Assembly: GCF_000283555.1 (NCBI RefSeq)
Contig: NC_016012.1
Span: 475,497 to 507,496, forward strand
Direction of reading: 5' to 3'
Length of the DNA: 32,000 nucleotides
Source: Candidatus Arthromitus sp. SFB-rat-Yit
GTDB taxonomy: Bacteria > Bacillota > Clostridia > Clostridiales > Clostridiaceae
Positions 27,701 to 32,000 of the stretch are shown here, piece by piece; positions within the stretch are counted from its first letter, which is position 1, and each line of letters starts with the position of its first letter. Below the pieces are notes generated by a model. It was not told the DNA's origin, did not search any database, and was given only the letters and a program-made list of their open reading frames with translations. The position numbers and the translations under genes are program-made.

Positions 27701-27885
27701 ACCAAATAGTAGTTAACAGAGAATATGATGAAGGAGGATTGAATTATTGGATAGGTGAATATAGAAACACATATTTACCACAAGCTAATAATGATAGTTA
27801 TGAGGCACAAAAAGCTATAGTTGCAAGAATGTTACATGAGCAAGAGTTCAAAGATTTGTGTAACAAAATGGGTATCTTGTGGTAA
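21796..27885 (+). CDS. Giant secreted multi-module protein (~2029 aa), paralog of the upstream gene, with doubled DUF4214-like C-terminus
   Basis: ATG at 21796 with a GGAGGAG RBS, 23 nt after the upstream stop. The track start at 21766 would overlap the upstream gene and has no RBS. Signal-like N-terminus MKTCMKKFIINLMILIFLFELIPLG. A roughly 669-aa non-repetitive head is followed by about 12 modules, then a C-terminus (FAFERYPDEEGYGYW, VNREYDEGGLNYW) co-linear with that of the upstream protein. Confidence 0.85.
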   Translation: MKTCMKKFIINLMILIFLFELIPLGDMGIKLGFVEKSSAYYTQLDSVAPGYVISAEEGGIVFDLSQRLSSSMSVESFSIKNMNPEQQKKDLKEESSDGVRWLTKDEMINGHIYEIESKIYDSEIDKTLTFINSFKFTDKNTAYNPKVSFSNFDANRMITQDVFFDFSNCKELINNSNRLDLEILNSDLTKAEIDSVFVDKNDLVNAGYRYKLSRAASIFKPNKDYIIRLNADGVIWDKMISCSLKANPTLVENIRPTEIDFKYYAKQRNLFIPTLDFGICKTFTDRHHVEVKIILSNSKKGLVPVEVTGEIPRLAEINIPEEYCSTIIPSDIRVYFSDKYTGALLAEYLFQVTFKEGGCFMWTGLSYYGEKDISGYQITKITPVHEENDTTTVPHSWDEFPRAHYITLYDNKLENQIGGEYRFDVTKTKYEYVGAEQNVKGANFKVPFKDMRQGFNSYNFKFESSNRYPEWGYAYIPFGFYADIVEIKDLDIEVKDLKVNSSGKYDFSFELKNQNVITGDKMSIIDDNGKEYIANVNTSKRFNFKDIPLVFGGKYVVTYNKISSLFHFKSTDMSILFNPVVIGTSSNGQNVVEIDFDKKYEKILNSDRMKNRIRILHMNGNSTGNEFTDFNVGKHKFTLSSGLTEGQNYIVEFSNSKEETYKTTFQYTTMKLDLSDVTGTTAKLNWEYPSNYLITDGDVLNIYFKKEDANYPAIPDAKIMHGFQGIDFNDVTTYTIRNMSPNINYVAKLELVTNEGMTYVDETEFVTSTFKILNEEIEGISEDGTVNSKSINFKWDINLGDIEFNAGDKVELFLKLRSHNAFPKTPVSTIDQDLNRNKRIKFDVSNYYEDYSAKIVYTIGGVRHTSKVLNFSVEPEKLELSVNDITDYSAVVNWKYPEGINIENNHEIRVYLRKAGDLDYRLEKTYKQSETSLKDVTKYKFDKLRFETTYQVKLVYKVGDKQVAGVSEDVTQDIEIEFRTESFVINNLRFEKDMNNLVNVMWNLKNDNYPYVNGDSVELFLKERGAPSQNYKKFQYATGNISAVRAFNIMIPKFNVDYDMKLTYTLGGKQVSAYGNCRLDMGDIGFNVDEITDTKIKVSWTYPDNYSISNNDKIEVSLKNLEDGNNVESESKTQNYDNNNTTMIKDFKEKEFTLTKDKMYEVKIRFSSVYAEPIEKSFKFKATSGFQILGLVGKSLDSKSFKLEWDFYNNNEEFDSNSKIEILYKEEPKGSSQDASQDNNVEDKLFENVNPVSTRTGSELKEFKSYVVEGLDVNKNYLFRVRYTITGDSGKVVYKDLVGKTEARKITSSVIDTQPTGVKISVEYPENYEILEGDILDIFIRRKEETNYSVNPNFTGKHGSGEDDVDLNEVTVLDILGLSPNKEYFSKVVFWPDGGSGIKQEMELSFKTDVVEGIGEVIIGDVLDYVVKVGIKMEPDELILSDKDSCKVFIKKKDQTHYPDKSNGEIRGDIFNEEKFISAYFDELNAEYDVKVIVNIGGNEFEKETSFVSKIDDFNIDVKEINPMTTQVEWRYPNNYTLVDGESIQIFIKYQDEDDFLSEPDLELIQSDDLNLSDINLVELYSLIPDTRYEVKVKLNLLEADVKPVIKEFTTTVFEIENLEIQDISSDGMSIKWDLSTEELDFIDEYDNLSVFIKNSNEEDYDFSNPVAEFTEGLNDIRSISFQTEDSIADVDIYLSYLIEDYEAAMEISYTAIDLNVEVQQEGVLVEWTYPPGIEFEKDDRLDIYLKHANKSGYKTEPNFRYTNGKDGDLSELNEIFFKRLGIGNYVMKFSLITSDMRYNPIEIEFNVQDQDVVGTELKFNGKSSNRKIELDIVGDNEFDYEKGFNINPEGLDLEIDEVRNKFIVKNLVPGKDYKNIVITFYTEEDDEINFVVKNVKINPENLLQEFITNIYKFAFERYPDEEGYGYWLGRLLEKGEVTGKFVLYNLMFAEREFSERNLSDDELIKVLYQIVVNREYDEGGLNYWIGEYRNTYLPQANNDSYEAQKAIVARMLHEQEFKDLCNKMGILW
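23803..27495 (+). repeat. Array of alternating class-A / class-B ~100-aa modules (about 5.5 A-B pairs plus one terminal divergent module)
   Basis: The repeat is visible only at protein level. Class A examples: AKLNWEYPSNYLITDGDVLNIYF, AVVNWKYPEGINIENNHEIRVYL, IKVSWTYPDNYSISNNDKIEVSL, VKISVEYPENYEILEGDILDIFI, TQVEWRYPNNYTLVDGESIQIFI, VLVEWTYPPGIEFEKDDRLDIYL. Each is followed by a class B module ending in YSAKIVYTIGG, YDMKLTYTLGG, YLFRVRYTITG, YDVKVIVNIGG or VDIYLSYLI. Confidence 0.7.
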
Positions 27886-27889
27886 TATA

Positions 27890-27925
27890 TTAACCATCAA
27901 TTTATATTGATGGTTAATTTTTTTT
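27890..27925 (+). terminator. Rho-independent terminator after the giant-gene pair
   Basis: 11-bp perfect stem ttaaccatcaa / ttgatggttaa with a 6-nt loop, followed by 8 T. Confidence 0.85.
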
Positions 27926-28053
27926 GAGTAGAGTATGAAATTTTTGTAATAAATAAGATGAATATATTTGGTAAAAAATAGTAATGAGATTGGAGGAATT
28001 ATTATATAAAGCAAGATATTAAATGATTGAATAACAAATGTAGGAGGTGCCTT

Positions 28054-28560
28054 ATGAATATTGTAACAATTAATATAAACGGTATAGAGTATAAGTTAAA
28101 AGGTGAGGAGTCAGAGGAATATTTAAATAATATAGCAAGAGAAGTGGATGATAAAATAAAAGAAATGATGACAAAAAATGTAAATCTTACTGCACAATCT
28201 TCGTCTATATTATTGGCAATAAATTATTGTGATCAATTATATAAATACAGGACTGAAAAAGAAGATTTAAATAATAGCATTGAAAATTGTAATGTTAAAA
28301 TACAATCTCTTATTGATGAAAAAAATGAACTTAAAGAGAGAATGATACATATTGAAAGTGAAAATTCTAAACTTAAATTAATAAATAAAAATCTCGAAGA
28401 GGAGATAGAGGCGTATAATACTGTTTTGAAAGAAGATAATAAAAACATATTTTCAGATAATAACGAAATTGAGGAATTGGAAAAAGAGATAGAGCTTCTC
28501 AATGAAACTGTAAGAAAACTTAAGGAAGAAAATGTTAAACTACAAGATAAGTTAAAATAA
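28054..28560 (+). CDS. zapA: Cell division protein ZapA with extended C-terminal coiled coil
   Basis: ATG at 28054 with an AGGAGGTG RBS. The N-terminal roughly 75 aa (VTININGIEYKLKGEESEEYLNNIAREVDDKIKEM...LLAINYCDQ) follows the ZapA pattern (V.I.G..Y.L.G.ES.E.....A..VDDK). The remainder is a heptad-like stretch rich in E, K, N and L. Confidence 0.72.
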   Translation: MNIVTININGIEYKLKGEESEEYLNNIAREVDDKIKEMMTKNVNLTAQSSSILLAINYCDQLYKYRTEKEDLNNSIENCNVKIQSLIDEKNELKERMIHIESENSKLKLINKNLEEEIEAYNTVLKEDNKNIFSDNNEIEELEKEIELLNETVRKLKEENVKLQDKLK

Positions 28561-28634
28561 AAAACCTTTTAATCATTATCAATATTTTGAAGAATTTTAG
28601 TAAATACTAAAAAGATAATGAGGAGGTATTGAAA

Positions 28635-29219
28635 ATGAATTTATCTAATAGTCAAACTAAGGAAAATTTAATGAGGGCATTTGCCGGTGAATGTCAAGCA
28701 CATGTGCGATATGATTTTGGAGCTAATCTAGCAAGAAAAGAAGGTTTCTATGTTATTGAAAAGGAAATTAGAGTTATTGCCATGCAAGAGATAGCACATG
28801 CTAATGTATTTTATAAATTTTTGAAAGGTTTTAATACTCAATATATAACATTGCAAGGTGCGGCATATCCTGTTGACTTGTATGATAAGACATTGGATTT
28901 TTTGAAAGCTTCTCATGAAAGAGAATTGGAAGAGCATGATAACATATATAAAAGTTTTTCTGATATAGCTGTTAAAGAAGGATTTAATGATATAAGTTAT
29001 AAATTTAAAGAAATTAGTGAAGTTGAAAAATTACATGCAGATAAATTCATTAAAATATATAACGATTTATCTAGTGGTATGATGTTTAAGAAAAATGTTA
29101 AGACAAAATGGTTTTGTACAAATTGTGGTCATGTTCATGATTCTGAGGATGCACCAGAATATTGTCCTGTTTGTGCTCATCCACGTGGATATTTTACGCC
29201 ATACATTAACCAATCTTGA
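28635..29219 (+). CDS. rbr: Rubrerythrin
   Basis: ATG at 28635, 8 nt after GGAGG. N-terminal ferritin-like four-helix region (ENLMRAFAGECQAHVRY..., QEIAHANVF, ELEEH). C-terminal rubredoxin-like C-T-N-C-G-H...C-P-V-C. Confidence 0.88.
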   Translation: MNLSNSQTKENLMRAFAGECQAHVRYDFGANLARKEGFYVIEKEIRVIAMQEIAHANVFYKFLKGFNTQYITLQGAAYPVDLYDKTLDFLKASHERELEEHDNIYKSFSDIAVKEGFNDISYKFKEISEVEKLHADKFIKIYNDLSSGMMFKKNVKTKWFCTNCGHVHDSEDAPEYCPVCAHPRGYFTPYINQS

Positions 29220-29225
29220 TTTAAT

Positions 29226-29269
29226 TTAAGAGTATGATGATATTTCTATCATACTCTTAATTTTTTTTT
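29226..29269. terminator. Rho-independent terminator between convergent rbr and CDF-like genes
   Basis: 13-bp stem ttaagagtatgat / atcatactcttaa (29226-29238 / 29248-29260) followed by a 9-T run. It overlaps the stop codon of the minus-strand gene. Confidence 0.8.
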
Positions 29270-30165
29270 AGAGCATTTGTAAATGTTATAAAAATTTGAG
29301 TATTTATAACTTTTGAATTAATTAGTTTTTTTAATTTATGTCTTAATGTGTCTAATTCATCTATGGAAAATTTACCGTTTAAACTTAATGTGATGTAGAT
29401 TTCTGTAAATTTACCGAGTTTTGATATAAAAATATCGTAGATTTTAATTTCTGGATAATTATAGTTAATTAATGATGCAAGTTCTTGTTCAGATTTGTAA
29501 TGGATTCTTTTATAAGTTAGGATATTGATTTGATTTTTTAAAAGTTTTATTGGTTGATATGCAAAGAACATAGTTAAAATGATAACAAGAATTGCATCTG
29601 AGATTGGAAATAGAGGTTTAAGAAAGGGTATTACATTAAATAAAATAAATGCAATAGATGTACCGAGGCTAAGTAGTGCGTCAATATTTGCACCGATTGC
29701 TTCAGATTTTAATACTTCTGAGCAATTATTGATTTTTTTGTTATAATGTTTATAAATTAAATATAAAGCAAAACAGAGAATGGTCATTAATGTCCCGTTA
29801 AGGATGATTAATTTTAAATTTACTTCAGGAATTTGGTTCGGATTAGAAATAAATGCAGAAATAGTTGTTATGCTTGAGAAAATAGATGAAACGAGAAGTA
29901 TTATTATAAGAATTGATTTAAATAATACATAAAGAGTTTCTTTACTATATTGTCCCAAAGGATACTGTTTTCTGCTTGAGGTTTCTATATCTTTAGAGAT
30001 TTTTATTGCTACTACAACAGAAATAAATTGTATGAATGAAAATAATCCATCTATTAATACGGCTTTTGATTTTGAAAATATAAACAAAATAATTCCTATA
30101 ATAGTCATTAATAGGTTTAATAGGTTGCCACGTTTTAATGCTTTTTGTTCAATTGATAAATCCAT
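29257..30165 (-). CDS. Cation diffusion facilitator (CDF)-like membrane transporter with atypical metal-site residues
   Basis: AAGGTG RBS. Six hydrophobic segments are followed by a roughly 85-aa cytoplasmic tail, which is the CDF topology. The TM2 segment AVLIDGLFSFIQFIS and the TM5 segment GANIDALLSLGTS align with the usual A-D-x-x-H-x-x-x-D signatures, but His/Asp are replaced at several positions. Confidence 0.5.
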   Translation of the reverse strand: MDLSIEQKALKRGNLLNLLMTIIGIILFIFSKSKAVLIDGLFSFIQFISVVVAIKISKDIETSSRKQYPLGQYSKETLYVLFKSILIIILLVSSIFSSITTISAFISNPNQIPEVNLKLIILNGTLMTILCFALYLIYKHYNKKINNCSEVLKSEAIGANIDALLSLGTSIAFILFNVIPFLKPLFPISDAILVIILTMFFAYQPIKLLKNQINILTYKRIHYKSEQELASLINYNYPEIKIYDIFISKLGKFTEIYITLSLNGKFSIDELDTLRHKLKKLINSKVINTQIFITFTNALKKN

Positions 30166-30260
30166 TTTATCACCTTAATTTTTATTTGTAATTTTATTTG
30201 TAATTATTTTAACATATTTTGGTGATGGTGTTCAAAAATAAAGTTAAAAAGTTTATTTTG

Positions 30261-30269
30261 TGGTAGAAT
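30261..30269 (+). promoter_or_regulatory. Candidate extended -10 promoter element for the MATE gene
   Basis: TGgTAGAAT at 30261-30269, about 45 nt upstream of the TTG start. The -35 element is weak. Confidence 0.3.
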
Positions 30270-30313
30270 ATCGTAAGGTGTATTTTTAAACAATTTATTG
30301 GAGGTTATTAATT

Positions 30314-31669
30314 TTGTTTTTTGTGAAGGATAAGAATTTTTATAGAAAAATATTAACTATAGCTGTACCTATAACTTTACAAAGTCTTATAACTTTTGCA
30401 ACTAATATGATGGACACAATAATGGTTGGAAGTCTTGGTGAGATAGCTTTATCAGCAGCTTCACTATCAGGACAGATCTTTTTTGTACTTAGTGTTCTAT
30501 GTTTTGGAATAGGGGGAGGAGGGGCTGTTTTAACTTCTCAGTTTTGGGGTAAAAATGATACAAAATCAATTTCAAAAACACTATCAATAACGATTAAGTT
30601 AAGTTTGATAGTTGGAATTGTAGCTATGATACTTGCTTTAACCATTCCTGATAAATTACTTGGATTTTATATAAATGATTCAAATGTTATACAAGCAGGT
30701 GTTTCTTATTTGAGATTGGCATCGCTTATTTATCCACTTTTTGCGGTATTAACGATAACATCTATAATACTTAGGACAACATCACAGATTAAGATTTCTG
30801 TTTTAGGTAATAGTATAGCGTTTATACTCAATGTGATTTTTAATTATATTTTTATATTTGGTAAATTTGGAATGCCACAGATGGGTTTAACAGGAGCAGC
30901 AGTTGGTACAGTAATTTCAAGAATTGTTGAATTTTGTATAATACTTGGATATTTATTTTTTATAGAAAAGAACTTAAAGTTTAGAATTAAGGATTTATTT
31001 AGTTTTGATAGAGAAATATTTGTAAAATATCTCAAAAGTGGAATCAATGTTTTAATAAGTGATGCATTATTGGTTGCTGGATTGACAAGCCTCACAATGA
31101 TACTCGGAAGGCTTGGGCCTGAAATGATTGCAGCAAATAGTATTTGTAGTATAGTAATTCAACTATCCACAGTTTTTATAAATGGAATATCGAGTTCAGG
31201 TCTTGTTATAATAGGAAATACAATTGGAGAAGGTAAATTTTCACTTGCAAAAGAACAGTCAAGAACTTTTTTGTTAATTTCTATAATAGTTGGTATGGTA
31301 GCATCACTTTTAATTATGGTAACGAAGCATTTTATTATAGATTTTTATAATGTTGAGCAGGTAACAAAAGATATAGCTTATGAATTAATGAATGGTGCAA
31401 TATTTATTATAATTTTCCAGGTTCCATCTTCTGTTTTAACAAAAGGGATTTTGCGTGGAGGAGGAGATACGAAATTTTTGGTGTTTGCAGATGTTTTATT
31501 TTTATGGTTGTTGTCGATACCACTTGGAATGTTAGCAGCATTTGTATTTAAATTTTCACCAGCTATTATATATATTTGTTTAAAATTTGATGAAATAATA
31601 AAAGCTATTTGGTGTACTTTGAGAATGATGGGTAATAAATGGATCAAAGATGTTACTGTAAAAATTTAA
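30314..31669 (+). CDS. MATE-family multidrug/toxic-compound efflux transporter
   Basis: TTG start with GGAGG 9 nt upstream. The N-terminal pattern ILTIAVPITLQSLITFATNMMDTIMVGSLGEIALSAASL is typical of NorM/DinF-type MATE proteins. About 12 hydrophobic segments; 451 aa. Confidence 0.85.
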   Translation: MFFVKDKNFYRKILTIAVPITLQSLITFATNMMDTIMVGSLGEIALSAASLSGQIFFVLSVLCFGIGGGGAVLTSQFWGKNDTKSISKTLSITIKLSLIVGIVAMILALTIPDKLLGFYINDSNVIQAGVSYLRLASLIYPLFAVLTITSIILRTTSQIKISVLGNSIAFILNVIFNYIFIFGKFGMPQMGLTGAAVGTVISRIVEFCIILGYLFFIEKNLKFRIKDLFSFDREIFVKYLKSGINVLISDALLVAGLTSLTMILGRLGPEMIAANSICSIVIQLSTVFINGISSSGLVIIGNTIGEGKFSLAKEQSRTFLLISIIVGMVASLLIMVTKHFIIDFYNVEQVTKDIAYELMNGAIFIIIFQVPSSVLTKGILRGGGDTKFLVFADVLFLWLLSIPLGMLAAFVFKFSPAIIYICLKFDEIIKAIWCTLRMMGNKWIKDVTVKI

Positions 31670-31696
31670 CGTGTTTTAATTAGAGAAGGGATTTAT

Positions 31697-32000
31697 ATGG
31701 GGTGTTTATTTAGGATAATTAAATTATTTATAATTTTGCTATTTATTATTCTTATTTTTTGTTTATTAAAAGGGTTTATATTTTACAAAGATACTTTGGA
31801 TAAAATGCCATTAAATGTAAAAGTTAGTCAAATTACTTCAAATAAAGATTATGTAAATATAGAAAATATTTCAGATAGTATGAAAAAATTTATTGTAACT
31901 GTCGAAGATAAGAGATTTTATAGTCACAATGGTATTGATATATCTTCGATATTAGGTTCTGTAATTGGAAATTTATCTGCGGGTTACTATAAATATGGAG
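31697..32000 (+). CDS. Peptidoglycan glycosyltransferase (GT51 domain; monofunctional transglycosylase or class A PBP), 3' end outside the window
   Basis: This ORF is absent from the ORF track because it has no stop inside the window. ATG at 31697 follows AGAGAAGGG. An N-terminal membrane anchor (LFRIIKLFIILLFIILIFCLL) is followed by the GT51 motif 1, E-D-K-R-F-Y-S-H-N-G-I-D. Confidence 0.8.
   Translation, partial: MGCLFRIIKLFIILLFIILIFCLLKGFIFYKDTLDKMPLNVKVSQITSNKDYVNIENISDSMKKFIVTVEDKRFYSHNGIDISSILGSVIGNLSAGYYKYG

Noticed and set aside
27832-28014. 60-aa minus-strand ORF overlapping the end of the 2029-aa gene and its terminator.
   Set aside because: It runs through the strong terminator hairpin (27890-27925) and the last codons of the giant gene. 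It has no RBS and its sequence is low-complexity.
1089-31647. Minus-strand ORFs of 60-132 aa embedded in longer plus-strand genes: 1089-1370, 3425-3628, 6773-7012, 10502-10792, 11141-11371, 13195-13419, 13967-14239, 14139-14339, 17848-18111, 20752-21051, 23893-24291, 25552-25737, 26227-26448, 26490-26765, 27286-27510, 28233-28502, 28728-28937, 30844-31095, 31378-31647.
   Set aside because: All lie antisense inside much longer ORFs that have recognisable motifs or coherent repeat architecture. Their translations are low-complexity, rich in I, F, L, S and K, as expected for the reverse frame of AT-rich coding DNA. None has a convincing RBS. I treat them as shadow ORFs.
1-32000. Search for tRNA, rRNA, riboswitch or T-box leaders and other structured RNAs in intergenic regions.
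   Set aside because: The intergenic gaps are short (mostly under 300 bp) and extremely AT-rich. Apart from the terminator hairpins listed, I saw no cloverleaf-like or GC-rich conserved structure. A covariance-model scan (Infernal/Rfam, tRNAscan-SE) would be needed to exclude small RNAs.

Overview
Very AT-rich window; I did not compute the GC value. It looks like chromosomal DNA from a low-GC, endospore-forming Firmicute of the Clostridia type, and I cannot assign a taxon more precisely. All calls come from reading the supplied translations and the DNA by eye, with no database search. Recognisable genes, in order: an M16 zinc peptidase cut by the left edge; a three-gene CotS-family spore-coat kinase-like operon with a sigma-K-like promoter; a convergent low-molecular-weight protein tyrosine phosphatase; a SAM-methyltransferase-like gene; an isolated phage-type DUF2815 (SSB-like) gene; recJ; an orphan cytoplasmic PAS histidine kinase; murG; zapA; rubrerythrin; a CDF-like transporter; a MATE efflux pump; and a GT51 peptidoglycan glycosyltransferase cut by the right edge. 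No tRNA, rRNA, CRISPR array, transposase or integrase was seen. Three unexplained parts stand out. (1) The strongest candidate for something undescribed is a roughly 10.4 kb two-gene locus (17456-27885). It encodes paralogous giant secreted proteins of about 1438 and 2029 aa, built from alternating A/B beta-sandwich-like modules. Both end in the same doubled DUF4214-like C-terminal unit, and I found no recognisable cell-wall anchor. (2) A secreted acidic protein (8226-9572) consists of four near-identical 303-bp tandem repeats with a 606-bp super-period. (3) A group of uncharacterised membrane, TPR and lipoprotein genes (14601-17323) lies just upstream of the giant-gene locus. Most intergenic gaps contain clear rho-independent hairpins, several of them bidirectional between convergent genes.
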